From assembly GCF_044704955.1 (NCBI RefSeq), contig NC_091980.1:133176001-133240000 (forward strand): 64,000 nt of DNA, given 5' to 3'. The notes beneath the pieces were generated by a model. The model made no database searches. It saw only the letters and a program-made list of their open reading frames with translations, and was not told the origin of the DNA. Each line of letters opens with the position of its first letter. Within the stretch, counting starts at the first letter, position 1. The stretch comes from Pristiophorus japonicus (taxonomy: Eukaryota). Position numbers and translations under genes: made by a program. Shown piece by piece: positions 49,448 through 63,753 of this stretch.

Positions 49448-52400
49448 TGTTATATATGTGGACTTGTATTTATTCTGTACAGCCACCAGAGGGCTCATCC
49501 CCTGGAGTCCCAAGGGATCCCATAATCCCTTGGAGCAGAGCTATTTAAGGAGGCTTCACAGGTTGGAGGCACTCGAGACCTACAATAAAAGACCAAGGTC
49601 ACACTTTACTTTGAGCTCAATGTTCAGTCTGACTCGTTCTCCATAAACAGCTGGAGACAAGATACAGATAGCAAACCCAAAGATGGAGAAGTGGGCATCA
49701 TGGAGAAATTTTCTGGGAGAGATGGGAAACTTTTGTGGAACAACTCAACCAATACTTCGTGGCCAATGAGCTAGATGGGGAGGGAAAAAAAAAAGAAAAG
49801 AGAAAAAAAAAAAAAGCTGCCAAACACAGGGCGAGCCTCCTCACCATCTGTGGGGCACCAACGTATGGCCTCAAGAATCTGCTCACTCCAGCAAAACCCA
49901 CGGAGAAATCATAAAACAATTTGTGCACATTGATCAGAGAGCATTTGAGCCCAAAGGAAAGCATTCTGATGGCAAGGTACCAGTTCTATATCTACAAATG
50001 GTCTGAAGGCCAGGAAGTGGGGAGTTATGTCACCGAGCTAAGATGCCTTGCAGGACATTTGGAGCACATGCTCAGACATTTGTACTTGGCATTGGCCACG
50101 AAACCACACTTTGCACATTTTGACTGGAGACCCCAATCTTGAGTAAGGCTATAGCAATAGCCCAGTCGTTCATTGCCACCAATGACAATATGAAGCAAAT
50201 CTCAGTACACGAGTGCTGCTACAAGTACTGTGAACAAAGTGATGTTTTTGAATCACAACGTACAGGGCAGGTCACACATACCTGCAGCTGCACATCCACA
50301 GATGTCAGAGTCCACCATCAAGAGTGATGAATGCAAGGCCATTAACACTTTGTTGGCATGATCATTTCCATTCATGCTGATTCAAAGAGTACTTTTGCAA
50401 GGGGGAAAACAGTGGGACACCAACGTGTGCAGGAGTTGCAAAACCTATTAAACCTGCAAACCACCATGTTGCAGAGGAGGACAGATCCACAGAAGATCAC
50501 AACAAACCAGAGCCTCAGATAGGAGGCAGAGGTACATGGCGTGCACACATTCACCACGAATTGTCCCCAGATATTGCTGAATGTTGAACTAAAGGGACTC
50601 CCGGTGTCAATGCAGCTGGATACAGGCACAAGCCAGTCCATCATGGGCAAAAAGACTTCAAAGGTTGTGGTGCAACAAGGCCTCAAGGCCAATCTTAACT
50701 CCAGTTCGCACGAGACTAAGAACTTACACGAAATAACTGATTCCAGTAACCGGCGGTGCTACAGTAAAGGTCTCCAACAATGGAACAGTGCACAAGCTAT
50801 CACTCTGGGTGGTACCAGGCAATGGTCCCATGCTGCTTGGCAGGAGCTGTCTGGGAAAGATATGCTGGAACTGGGATGACATCTGAGCCCGCTGACAACA
50901 CTGTGTGCCCAAGTCTTAAACAAGCTCCTTTCGCTGTTCGAACCAGGCATCATGAAATTCCAAGGAGCAAAAGTGCAGATCCACCTAGTTCCAGGGGTGC
51001 GACCCATCCATTACAAGGCGAGAGCAGTAGTGTACATGAGAGAAAGGGTAGAGATCGAGCGAGACCAGCTGCAAAGCAAGGGCATCATTTCACTGATCGA
51101 GTTCAGCGAGTGGGCCAGTCCTGTTGTCCCAGTCCTCAAGGGAGACAGCACCGTCAGAATCTGTGGCAATTACAAAGTAACTATCAATCATTTCTCCCTG
51201 CAGGACCAATACTCACTACCAATGGCAGAGAACCTCTTTGCAACGCTGACAGGAGGAAAGACGTTCACAAAGCTGGATCTGACTTCAGCCTACATGACAC
51301 AGGAACCGGAGGAATCATCAAAGGCCCTTACCTGCATCAACACGCACAAAGGTCTTTTTGTTTATTACAGATGCCCATTTGGAATCCGATCAGCAGCAGT
51401 GATATTCCAGAGAAACATTGAAAGTTTACTGAAGTCGGTCCCGCCCAGCGTGGTCTTCCAGGATGACATCTTGGTCACAGGTCAGAACACAGTTGAGCAC
51501 CTGCAGAACCTGGAGGAGGTTCTTAGTCGACTCAAGCGCATGGGGCTCAGGTTAAAATGCATGAAGTGGAGTTCTTGGGAAGGAGGATTGTGGCAGATGA
51601 CATCAGGTCCACCAACGCGAAGACTGAGGCAATCAAGAATGCACCAAGACCACAGAACTACTTTGGTAACTTCTTCCCGGGTCTCAGCACCCTGCTAGAA
51701 CCACGACATATCTTACTACAAAAAGGGGGAGAATGGTTTGGGGCAAAAGCCAAGAAAATGCATTTGTAAAAGCGAGAAAATTGTTCTGCTCAAACAAACT
51801 GCTTGTGTTGTATGATCCATGTAAGCATTTGGTACTAGCATGTGATGCATCGTCATATGGAGTCAGGTGTGCATTGCAACACGCTAATGATTACAGGAAA
51901 TGGCAACTGGTTGCTTGTGCATCCAGGAGTCTGTCTAAGGCGGAGAGAGCCTACAGCATGACTGAAAGAGAAGCATTAGCATGTCTAAAGTGGTGAAGAA
52001 AATGCATCAATACTTGTTTAGGCTAAATTCGAATTGGAAACTGACCATAAGCCACATATATCCCTGTTTACCAAGTGTAAAGGGATAAATGCCAATGCAT
52101 CGGCCCGGATCCAGAGATGGGCGCTCATGTTGTCCACATACAATTACACCATCCGCCCCAGAAAACTGCGACATGTTCAGTCGGCTGCCATTGCCCACCA
52201 CTGGGGTGGAAATGGCACAGCCTGCAGATCTAGGCATGGTTATGGAAACATTTGAGTGAGCAGTCACCCATCACTGCCCGGCAGATCAAAACCTGGACAA
52301 GACAGGACCTCATTATCTCTAGTCAAAAGCTGTGTGCTTCATGGGAGCTGGTCCAGTGACCGAGTAAAAATGCAGGGAGATAAAGCCGTTCCAGTGACAC

Positions 52401-53890
52401 AAATATGAAAGCTCGATACAGGCAGACTGCCTCTGTGGGGCAATGGAGTAGTGGTCCCCAAGGGCAGAGACACCTTCAATGACCTCCATAGTACCCACCC
52501 AGGCATCGTAATGATGAAAGAGATAGCCAGATCCCACATGTGGTGGCCCGGTATTGATGCAGACTTAGAGTCCTGCGTCACAGATGTAATACATGCTCGC
52601 ACTTAAGCAATGTACCCAGGGAGGCGCCACTAAGTTTATGGTCTTGGCCCTCCAAACCGTGGTCTAGGGTACACGTCGACTATGCAGGACCGTTCTTTGT
52701 TAACATGTTCCTTATGGTTGTAGACGCGTACTCCAAGTGGATTGAATGAGATGTCGGCTAGCACGTCCGCTGCCACTACTGAAAGCCTGTGGGCCATGTT
52801 TGCCACACACAGCTTACCTGATGTCCTGGTGAGCGACAACAGGCCATGTTTTACTAGTGCAGAGTTCAAATAATTCATCAACCGTAACAGGATCAAACAT
52901 GTCACATCTGCCCCGTTTAAGCCAGCATCCAATGGTCAGGCAGAGAGAGAGCAGTACAAACCATCAAGGTGGCTTGAAGAGGGTAACTGAAGGCTCACTG
53001 CAGACTCACCTATCCCAACTCCTGCTTAGCTACTGCATGAGACCACTCACTGGGATCCTGCTGAACTGCTTATGAAAAGAGCATTTAAGACAAGGCTCTC
53101 ATTCATGCAGATCAGGGTGCACGAACAGGTAGAGAGCAGGCCGCTTCAACAAAGTGCATACCATGATAGCGCAAATGTGTCACACGAGATTGAAGTTAAT
53201 GATCTTGTATTTGTATTAAATTATGGACAAGGTCCCAAGTGGCTTCCCGGCACTGTCGTGGCCAAAGAGGGGAGCAGAGTGTTTCGGGTCAAACTTTTAA
53301 ATGCACTCATTCGCCAGAAACACTTGGACCAAATCAAACTCAGATTCACAGACTATCCTGAGCAACCCACCTTGGACCCTACCTTTTTGGATCCCCCAAC
53401 ATGCACAACAGTGGCAACTGGCACCACAGTTGACCACAAAGCAGAACCCATCATCCACAGCAGCAGTGCAGGGCCCAACACGCCAAGCAGCCTAGCAAGA
53501 CCAGCTGCAGAGTGGCCCAGCAAAGGCCCAAATAATTCACCACCACCAGCTTTCACACCGAGACAATCAACCAGGGCAAGGGCCCCAGATCGACTCACAT
53601 TGTAAATAGTTACACTGTTGACTTTGGGGTTGGGGGGGGGGGGGGGGGGCAGTGCAGCGGAGGGGGGGTGGCAGGGAGTGTTTTATGTATGTGGACTTGT
53701 ATTTACTCTGTACAGCCACCAAAGGGCTCATTCCCTGCAGACCCAAGGGATCCCATAATCCCTTGGGAGTGCAGGTATTTAAGGAAGCTTCACAGGTTGG
53801 AGAGGCACTCTGGAGACCTGCAATAAAAGACAAAGGTCACACTTTAATTTGAAGTAGGTGTTCAGTCTGACTCTCTCCATATACACAACA
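49448..53890 (+). mobile_element. Ty3/Gypsy LTR retrotransposon D in ferritin copy 3 intron 1 (antisense to the gene)
   Basis: LTRs 49448-49649 and 53679-53890; perfect TSD GAAAC; empty site CATGGAAACAATC in copies 1 and 2; RT FQDD ORF 50952-51698. Confidence 0.94.
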
Positions 53891-54329
53891 GAAACAATCT
53901 TTTGATACCCTTACTGAATGAAAAACCTTGGCCCAATATCAATGCATATTTTCTTTTGGGGGGGGGGGGGGGGGGGGGAGAGCTGTAAGAGGATGGGAAA
54001 GTAAGTATTTCCAGACTTCCAACACTTGCAGGAAAAAATATTTGTCTTCCCTCCTGAAATGTCCTAGCTCTAATTTTATTACATCCCCTCATTGCAAAGG
54101 AAAAATAGGGAAAGTCCATAGAGTGATTTAGAATGAATATGAATTCTGAATTGATGCATTGAGTGCAGAATGTATTCCAAATAAATTACAACAACAATCT
54201 CGAGAGCCCAGGAAAGTGAGTCATTTCGATTCAAGATACTCAAAATAGGTGGACTGTGTACAGCAAAGAATTTAGTAAATTCACATTACATAGTCTCTAT
54301 TGTGAAGTGGTCAACAATACAAAACTCAC

Positions 54330-54431
54330 CATAGAGAGATAAACATAGGAGGAATAGAGCTCCATGTTGATCTGCTTGTTGACAGCATCCTCACAGTCCT
54401 GGTGGTAGTTCTGACACACTTGCAAAGCCAT
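54330..54431 (-). CDS. fth1: Ferritin copy 3, exon 1
   Basis: [34 protein letters not shown], then GTGAGT; the four exons give 176 aa in frame. Confidence 0.92.
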
Positions 54432-54454
54432 CCTTATTCCTTATTTTTTGCAAA

Positions 54455-54610
54455 TCTAAACTTTGCTGAAGCAACAAACTAAAATATAACTAATTGCAAA
54501 CTCCTGTATTTATACTGAGGGATAATCCAGGGCGTGGCAATCTAGATAATGAGTGACAGTCCTCATTATCCAATCAGAAGTTGCAGCCTCTCAGAGTACC
54601 AATCAAGTAA
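54455..54610 (-). promoter_or_regulatory. Ferritin copy 3 promoter/5'UTR (TATA 54507-54514, degenerate IRE 54455-54473)
   Basis: Colinear with the copy 1 promoter. Confidence 0.7.
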
Positions 54611-55456
54611 AGGGAGGAGGGGAGATGGATTCCCAGAGTCAGTCAGATCTTTGAAGAATGAGCATCATTGGCTGACAACTCAATGAGGATCTCAATTGCC
54701 CTAACTTTCTTCAAACACAGTTTAAATATCCAGAATCACAGATTTAAATGAATCCTCTACTCTTTAGGCTAATCAATTGGGAAAAACTTATAAGTGCCCC
54801 TTTATGAGGGGGAATAAACTATGTTCCAAATCTGACACAATTAACATAAAAACGTTTCAAATTATAATTTAGTTCCCTGTATCCACACTGCACTCCAGTT
54901 CCTCTGATGCCCGCTGGTCATAAGCCTCAAGCAGACACCACATGCTCCCTCTCCAAGGACATAACACAAGAACATAAGAAATAAGAGCAGGAGTAGGCCA
55001 TTGGCCCCTCGGGCCTGCTCTGCCATTTAATAAGATCATAGCTGATCTGATCTCGTGCTCAGTTCCACTTCCACTTCTGTGTTCAGCATGTTAAATTTGT
55101 ATAGAACCTTGGCTAGACAACCCCTCGGAGTGCTGTGCACAGTTCTGGTCTCCTCAGATTTATATAGAATCACAGAATAGTACAGCATACAAGGAGAACA
55201 TTCGGCCCATCGAGTCTGTGCCGGCTCATTCGAAGAGCAATCCAATAAGACCTACTCCCCGGTTCTTTCCCCATAATCCCTGCAATTCTTTCCCCTTCAA
55301 ATATTTATTCATTTCCCTTTTGAAGGCATCTATTGAATCTATTTCCACCACCCTATCAGGCCGTGATTCCAAATCCTAATCACTCGTTGAGTTAAAAAGT
55401 TTTTTGTCATGTCGCCTCTGGTTCTTTTGCTAATCACATTAATTCTGTACCTTCTG

Positions 55457-56550
55457 GTGTGGCGTCAAGGAGCCCGAGTAAAATTGAAGTCAATGGGAAT
55501 CAAGGGTGAAACTGTCCACTAGCTCAGGAAGATAGTTGGGATTGTTGGAGGTCAATCTTCTCAGCCCCAGGAGTTCCTCAGGGCAGTGGCCCAGGCCCAA
55601 CCATCTTCAGCTGCTTCATCAATGACCTTCCCTGCATCATAAGGTCAGAAGTGAGGATGTTCGCTGATGATTGCACAGTGTTCAGTTCCATTTGCAACTC
55701 CTCAGAAAATGAAGCAGTCCACACCCGCATGCAGCAAAACCTGGACGACATTCAGGGTTGGGCTAATAAGTGGCAAGTAACATTTGCGCCACACAAGTAC
55801 TAGGAAATGACTATCTCCAACAAATCTAACCACCTGCCCCTGGACAGTCAACAGCATTACCATCACGGAATCCCCCACCATCAACACCTGGAGGTCACCA
55901 TTGACCAGAAACTTAACTGGACCAGCCACATATATACTGCGGTAACAAGAGCGGGTCAGAGGCTGGGTATTCTGTGCCGAATGTCTCAGCTCCTGACTCC
56001 CCAAAGCCTTTCCACCATCTACAAGGCACAAGTCAGGAGTGTGATGGAGTACTCTCCACTTGCCTGGATCAGTGCAGCTCCAACAATTCTCAAGAAGCTC
56101 GACACCATCCACAACAAAGTAGCCCGCTTGATTGGCACCCCATCCACCACCTTCAACGTTCACTGCCTCCACCACCAGCCAACATGGCTGCAGTTTGTAC
56201 CATCTACAAGATGCACTGCAGCAACTCACCAAGGTTACTTCAGCAGCAACTGCCAACCCATGAGCTCTACCAACTAGAACAGCACGGGCAGCACACTTAT
56301 GGGAACACCATCACCTGCATGTTCCCCTCCAAGTTACACACCATCCTGACTGGGAAATATATCACTGTTCCTTCAACGTTGCTGGGTCAAAATCATGTAA
56401 CTCCCTCCCTAACAGTACTGTAGGAGTACCTTCACCACAAGGACTATAATAGTTACAGAAGACGGCTCACCACAACCTTCTCAAGGGCAATTAGTGATGG
56501 CAACAAATGCTGGCCTTGCCAGTGGCACCCACATCCCAGAACAATAAAAA
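55457..56550 (+). mobile_element. CR1/L2-group LINE 3' part (unit 3 copy)
   Basis: GVPQG, MFADD, YKAQVRSVMEY and the same 3' tail as in units 1 and 2. Confidence 0.8.
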
Positions 56551-56721
56551 AGACATTAACATGGAAGGACTAAAGGAGACAATTTAATTGCACCCAGTGC
56601 AGTTCTCAGCAAATTCCTCAATTAAATTGTAAACACTGGATTATTGCAGCTCCAGCATCAACAACATTTGAATCCATTCATGGACGAGAAGGGGACAAAT
56701 GAGATACAGTAGGATTTGGAA

Positions 56722-59700
56722 AACATAGAAACATAAAAACATAGAAAATAGGTGCAGGAGCAGGCCATTCAGCCCTTCGAGCCTGCACCGCCATTCAATA
56801 TGATAATGGCTGATCATGCAACTTCAGTACCCCACTCCCGCCTTCTCTCCATACCTCCTGATACCCTTAGCCGGAAGGGCCACATCTAACTCCCTGCTGA
56901 ATATATCCAACAAACTTGACTCATCAATTTTCTGTGATAGAGAATTCCACAGGTTCACCACTCCCTGGGTGAAAAAGTTTCTCCTCATCTCAGTTCTATA
57001 TGGCTTACCCCTTATCCTTAGACTGTGACCCCTGGTTCTGGACTTCCTCAACATCGGGAATATTTTTGCTGCATCTAACCTGTCCAATCCCATCATAATT
57101 TTATATGTTTCTATGAGATCCACTCTCATTCTTCTAAATTCCAGTGAGTATAAGCTTAGCCGATTCAGTCTTTCTTCATATGTCAGTCCTGCCATCCCAG
57201 GAATTAGTCTGATGAACCTTCACTTCACTCCCTCAATAGCAAGCACGTCCTTCCTCAGATTAGGAGACCAAAACTGCACACAGTACTCAAGGTGTGGTCT
57301 CACCAAGGCCCTGTACAATTGCAGTAAGACCTCCCTGCACCGATACTCAAATCCTCTCATTATGAAGGCCAGCATGCCATTTGCTTTCTTTACTGCCTGC
57401 TGTACCTGCATGCCGACCTTCAGTGACTGATGTAACAAGACACCCAGATCTCGTTGCACCTCCCCTTTTACTAATCTATCACCATTCAGATAATAATCTG
57501 CCTTCCTGTCTTTGCCACCAAAGTGGATAATCTCACATTTATCCACATTATACTGCATTTGCCATGCATTTGCCCATTCACCTAACCTGTCCAAATCACC
57601 CTGCAGCCTCTTAGCATCCTCCTCACAGCTCACACTGCCACCCAGCTTAGTGTCATCTGCAAACGTGGAGATATTACATTCAATTCCTTCGTCTAAATCA
57701 TTAATGTATATTGTAAATAGCTGGGGTCCCAGAACTGAAACTTGCGGCACCCCACTAGTCACTGCCTGCCATTCTGAAAAGGACCCGCTTATTCCCACTC
57801 TTTGCTTCCTCTCTGCCAATCTGTTCTCTATCAACTTCAATACATTACCCCCAATACCATGTGCCTCAATTTTGTACACTAATCTCTTGTGTGGAACCTT
57901 GTCAAAAACCTTTTGAAAATCTAAATACACTACATCCACTGGTTCTCCCTTATCCACTACTAGTTACATCCTCAAAAAACTCTAGAAGATTTGTCAAGCA
58001 TGATTTCCCTTTCATAAATCCATGCTGACTTGGACCAATCCTGTCACTGCTTTCCAAATGCACTGCTATTACATCTTTAATAATTGATTCCAGCATTTTC
58101 CCCACCACCGATGTCAGGCTAAGCAGTCTATAATTCCCTGCTTTCTCTCTACATCCTTTTTTTAAAAGTGGGGTTACATTAGCTACCCTCCAATCCATAG
58201 GTACTGATCCAGAGTGCTTGGAATTTTGGAAAATGACCACCAATGCATCTACTGTTTCTAGGGCCACTTCCGTAAATACTCTGGGATGCAGACTATCAGG
58301 CTCTGGGGATTTATCGGCCTTCAGTCCCATCAGTTTCCCTGACACCATTTCCTGACTAATAAGGATTTCCCTCAGTTCCTCCTTCCCACGAGACCCTCGA
58401 TGCCCTAGTATTTTTGGGAGGTTATTCGTGTCTTCCTTAGTGAAGACAGAACCAAAGTATTTGTTCAATTGGTTTGCCATTTCCTTGTTCCCCATTATGA
58501 ATTCACCTGATTCTGAATGCAAGGGGCCTACATTAGTATTCACTAATTTTTTACTCTTCACATATCTATAGAAGCTTTTGCAGTCAGCTTTTATGTTCCC
58601 TGCAAGTTTACTCTCATACTCTATTTTCCCCCCGCTAATTAAACCCTTAGTAGTCCTCCTCTGCTGAATTCTAGGTTTCTCCCAGTCCTCAGGTTTGCTG
58701 CTTTTTCTGGCCAATGTATATGCCTCTTCCTTGGATTTAACACTATCCCTAATTTCCCTTGATAGCCACGGTTGAACCACCTTTCCTGTTTTATTTTTAC
58801 GCCAGACAGGGATGTACAATAGTTGTAATTCATCCATGTGATCTTTAAATGTCTGCCATTGCCTATCCACTGTCAACCTTTTAAGTATCATTCACCAGTC
58901 TATCCTAGCCAAATCAGGTCTCATACCATCGAAGTTTCCTTTCTTTAAGTTCAGGACCCTAGTCTCTGAATTAACTGTGTCACTCTCCACCTTAATGTAA
59001 AAATTCTACCATATTATGGTCACTCTTCCCCAAGGGGCCACGTACGACCAGATTGCTAATTAATACTCTCTCGTTACACAAGACCCAGTCTAGGATAGCC
59101 TGCTCTCTAGTTGGTTCCTCAACATATTGGTCTAGAAAACCATCCCTTATACATTGCAGGAAATCCTCCTCTACAGTATTGCTACCAGTTTGGTTAGCCC
59201 AATCAATATGTAGGTTAAAGTCACCCATCCCTAATTTCCTGTTTGATGCCATCCCCAACTACGCTACTACCGTTTGGTGGTCTGTAGACAACTCCCACAA
59301 ACATTTTCTGCCCTTTAGTGTTTCGCAGCTCTACTCATATAGATTCCACATCATCCAAGCTAATGTCCTTCCTTACTATTGCGTTAACCTCCTCTTTAAT
59401 CATTAACGCTACCCCACCTCATTTTCCTTCTTGTCTATCCTTCCTGAATATTGAATACCCCTGGATGTTGAGTTCCCAGCTTTGGTTACCCTGGAGCCAT
59501 GTCTCCGTAATCCCAAAGACGTCATATCCGTTAACAGCTATCTGCACAGTTAATTCGTCCAACTTATTACAAATGCTCCTCGCATTGAGACTCAGAGCCT
59601 TCAGGCTTGTTTTTTTAACACTCTTTGTCCTTTTAGAATTATGTTGTATCGTGGCCCATTTTGATTTTTGCCCTTAGTTTCTCTGCCCTCCACTCTTGCT

Positions 59701-60995
59701 TTTCTCCTTCCTACCTATAGCTTCTGCCCCCTTTTTACTTCCCTCTGCCTCCCTGCATAGGTTCCCATCCTCCTGCCATATTATTTTAATCCCTCCCCAA
59801 CAGCACTAGCAAACACTCCACCTAGGACATAGGTTCCGGTCCTGCCCAGGTGCAGACTGTCCGATTTGTATGGTCCCACCTCCCCCAGAAGCGGTTCCAA
59901 TGCCCCAGGAATTTGAAGCCCTCCTCCTTGCACCATTCCTCAAGCCACGTATTCATCTGAACTATCCTGCAATTCTTACTCTGGCTAGCACGTGGCACTG
60001 GTAGCAATCCTGAGATTACTACCTTTGAGGTCCTACTTTTTAATTTAACTCCTAGCTCGATAAATTCAGCTTGTAGGACCTCATCCTGATTTTTACCTAT
60101 ATCGTTGGTACCTATATGCACCACGACAGCTGGCTGTTCCCCCTCCCCCTCCAGAATGTGCTGCAGCTGCTCCGAGACATCCTTGATCCTTGCACCTGGG
60201 ACATAACTTACCATCCTGGAGTCTTGTTTGCGGCCGCAGAATCGCCTATCTCTTCCCCCTACAATGGAATCCCCTATCGCTATAGCTCTTCCACTATTTT
60301 TCCTGCCCTCCTGTGCAGCAGAGCTACCTATGGTGCCATGAACTTGGCTTCTGCTGGCTTTCCCTGATGAGTCCTCTCCCCCAACAGTACCCAAAACGAT
60401 GTATCTGTTTTGGAGGGAGATGACCGCAGGAGACCCCTGCACTACCTTCCTTCCACTGCTCTGCCTGATGGTCACCCATTCCCTATCTGGCTATGTAACC
60501 TTTACCTGCGGTGTAACCAACTCACTAAATGTGCTATTCACAACATCCTCAACATCGCGGATGTTCCAGAGTGAGTCCATGCGCAGATCCAGTGCCACAA
60601 TGCAGTCTGTCAGGAGCTGCAGCTGGACACACTTCCTGCACACATAGAAGCGTCCCTGATTTCCCACATAGCACAGGGGGAGCATGACATGAGTCTGGGC
60701 TCTCCTGCCATGACATAACCCTTAAATTACTTAATTTGGCAACAATGCCAAAGGTCACCTACTGATAAGAAAAGAAAAAGAAAAAGTTTTCACGTATTCA
60801 AAGTTTAGATTTTTAGTCCCAGCTCTTAATTTAAACCAATGCCCAAGAAAAAGAGAGAAATACTGACCAACCAATCACTTCCCTGCTTCCCTGTGTCACA
60901 ATTTGAATCTTTTTACTTCTTATTCTCCCAGGTCAGTTGGTGCTGGTTGCGCTGGCTCCCTTTGTCTCCCACTCCGATTGGCTGCTGCTCTCGGG
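56722..60995 (-). mobile_element. Near-full-length CR1 LINE
   Basis: ORF1 Cys motif CRKC plus esterase (59822-60475); ORF2 endonuclease-RT fragments 59600-56824; (CATAGAAA)n tail; site empty in units 1 and 2. Confidence 0.93.
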
Positions 60996-61269
60996 TGTTT
61001 GATAAAGAATGATTGCTATTTGGTATGAAATGCACAACGGGACTGAATACAAATAGCTATGTTTATGAAGGAGCTGCTGGTATTGGGTTTATAATTTGAT
61101 GGAAAAGGCATGCAGGCGGCTGGGGGGAGTTTCAGGAGAAGTATCTATTTAAGTATTCCTTTATGCATTTAATGAAATACATTTGCTCCTTCCAGGAGGA
61201 TTATACTTTGTTGGAGTACAGTCCCACATGCATTCCTTGCCCAATTTGTTATTCATGTGGGAGCTTATG

Positions 61270-61955
61270 TGTGGTAAAATAGAATAGTGGTTATGTTACT
61301 GGATAATCCAGAGGCCTGGACTAATGATCCAGAGACAAAATCCCAGCACAGCAGCTGGGGAATTTAAATTCAGTTAATCAATTAAATACATCTGGAATAA
61401 AAAGCTAGTCCTGGTGATCATGAAACTACCGGATTGTCATAAAAACCCATCTGGTTCATTAATCCCCTTTAGGAAAGGAAATAAAAACATAAGAAATAAG
61501 AGCAGGAGTAGACCATACGGCCCCTCGAGCCTTCTCTGCCATTTAATATGATGGTGGCGATCCGATCATGGACTCAGGTCCACTTCCCTGCCCGCTCCCC
61601 ATTAACCCTTATTCCCTTATCGGTTAAGAAACTGTCTATCTCTGTCTTATATTTATTCAATGACCCAACTTCCACAGCTCTCTGAGGCAGCAAATTCCAC
61701 AGATTTACAACCCTCAGAGAAGAAATTCCTCCTCATCTCAGTTTTAAATGGGCGGCCCCTTATTCTAAGATGATGCCCCCTTACCCGGGGCTAATCTGCC
61801 GTCCTTACCCGGTCTGGCCTATATTTGACTCCAGGCCCACAGCAATGTAATTCGCTCTTAACTGCCCTCTGAAATGGCCCAGCAAACCACTCAGTTGTAC
61901 AAGGCTGCTTACCAACACCTTCAAGGGCAATTAGGGATGGGCAATAAATGCTGGT
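61270..61955 (+). mobile_element. SINE plus nested CR1 fragment (unit 3 copy)
   Basis: Colinear with 12398-13102. Confidence 0.6.
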
Positions 61956-61974
61956 CTTGAGCTCAGACATTACT

Positions 61975-63753
61975 CGGGAGCAGCAAAGCAACATTACAGA
62001 TGGCTCAAGGCTGAGGTCCAACAAAAAACCCGGGACTTAAAGAACAGGTGGTGGATGGAGAAAGCACAGGAGATATAACAACTGGCCAACAGACACAATA
62101 TGCGAGGATTCTTCATCGCAGTCAAGGCCACCTATGGTCCAAACTCCCAAGGCCCCACACCATTGCTGGCCAAGAACGGGGAAACACTCATCAAGGACAC
62201 CGAGGCAGTCAGGGCTCGCTGGAAGGAGCACTTCGAAGATCTCCTCAATTGAGACTCTGCCTTTGACTCGAGTGTTCTCGACTCCATCCTGCAGAATGCG
62301 ACCCGCCACTACCTCAGTGAAACCCTAATGTTGCACGAGGTAGGAAAAGCCATAAAACAGCTCAAGAACTACAAGGCTATAGAAGCGGATGGAATCTCTG
62401 CTGAAGCGCTAAAGTATGGCGGAGAGACGCTGTTGGCGCAAATACATGACCTCATCACTCACATTTGGAGGAAGGAGATCATGCCGGGAGATCTCATAGA
62501 TGCAGTGATCGTGACCATCTTTAAAAAAGGATACAAGTCCGACTGCAGCAACTACAAGGGAATCTCCCTGCTATCAGCCACTGGGAAAGTTGTCACTAGA
62601 GATCTCCTCAACCGTCTTCTCCCTGTGGCCGAGGAGTTCCTCCCGGAGTCACAGTGCGGATTTCGTCCCCTACGGGGCACAATGGACATAATCTTTGCAG
62701 TGCGACAGCTGCAGGAAAAATGCAGGAAGCAGGGCCGACTGACCAACAGCTTGCAATGAAAACGATCAGCATTTCTGTCTTTTTAAAGTTTTGATTAGCC
62801 CTTACACAAGGCCTTCTTCGATCTTATCAAGGCCTTTGACACTGTCAACCACGAGGGTCTATAGAGTGTCCTCCTCCGTTTTGGATGCCCCCAAAAGTTT
62901 GTCAAGATCCTTCGTCTGCTCCACGACGACATGCAGGCCGTGATCCTTACTAATGGATCCATTACAGACCCAATCCACGTCCGGACTGGGGTCAAACAGG
63001 GCTGCGTCATCGCTCCAACGCTTTTCTCAATCTTCCTCTCTGCCATGCTCCACCTCACTGTCAACAAGCTCCCCGCTGGAGTGGAACTAAACTACAGAAT
63101 CAGTGGGAAGCTGTTTAACCTACGCCGCCTCCAGACCAAGTCCAAGATCACCCCAACCTCCGTCGTTGAGTTACAGTACGCGGACGATTCCTGCATCTGT
63201 GCATGTTCTGAGGCTGAACTCCAGGATATAGTCAATTTACTGAGGCATATGAAAACATGGACCTTGCGTTAAACATCCGTAAGACAAAGTTCCTCCATCA
63301 GCCTGTCCTCGCAGCACAGCACTGCCCTACAGTCATCAAGATCCACAGCGCAGCCCTCGACAACGTGGACCATTTCCCATATCTCGGGAGCTTCTTGTCA
63401 ACAAAAGCAGACATTGATGCGTAGATTCAACACTGCCTCCAGTGCGCCAGTGTAGCCTTCGGCCGTCTGAGGAAAAGAGTGTTCGAAGACCAGGCCCTCA
63501 AATCCACCACCAATCTCATGGTCTACTGGGCTATAGTAATACCTGCCCTCCTGTATGGATCAGAGACATGAACGATGTACAGAAGACACCTCAAGTCACT
63601 GGAGATATATCACCAATGATGTCTCCGCAAAATCCTGCAAATCCCCTGGGAGGATAGGCGCACCAAGATCAGTGTCCTCGTCCAGGCCAACATCCCCAGC
63701 ATTGAAGTGCTGACTACACTCGATCAGCTTCGTTGGGCAGGCCATATAGTTTG
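61975..63753 (+). mobile_element. RTE-clade LINE fragment
   Basis: LPESQCGFRPLRGT, GVKQGCVIAPTLF, ELQYADD motifs typical of RTE RT. Confidence 0.85.

Noticed and set aside
53620-53680. Long G tracts (also 22033-22050, 53957-53977) as functional G-quadruplexes
   Set aside because: Explained as an expanded polypurine tract and an unstable intronic homopolymer whose length differs among paralogues.
62736-62797. About 60-bp foreign insert in the RTE element
   Set aside because: Too short to classify; no termini or TSD recognised.
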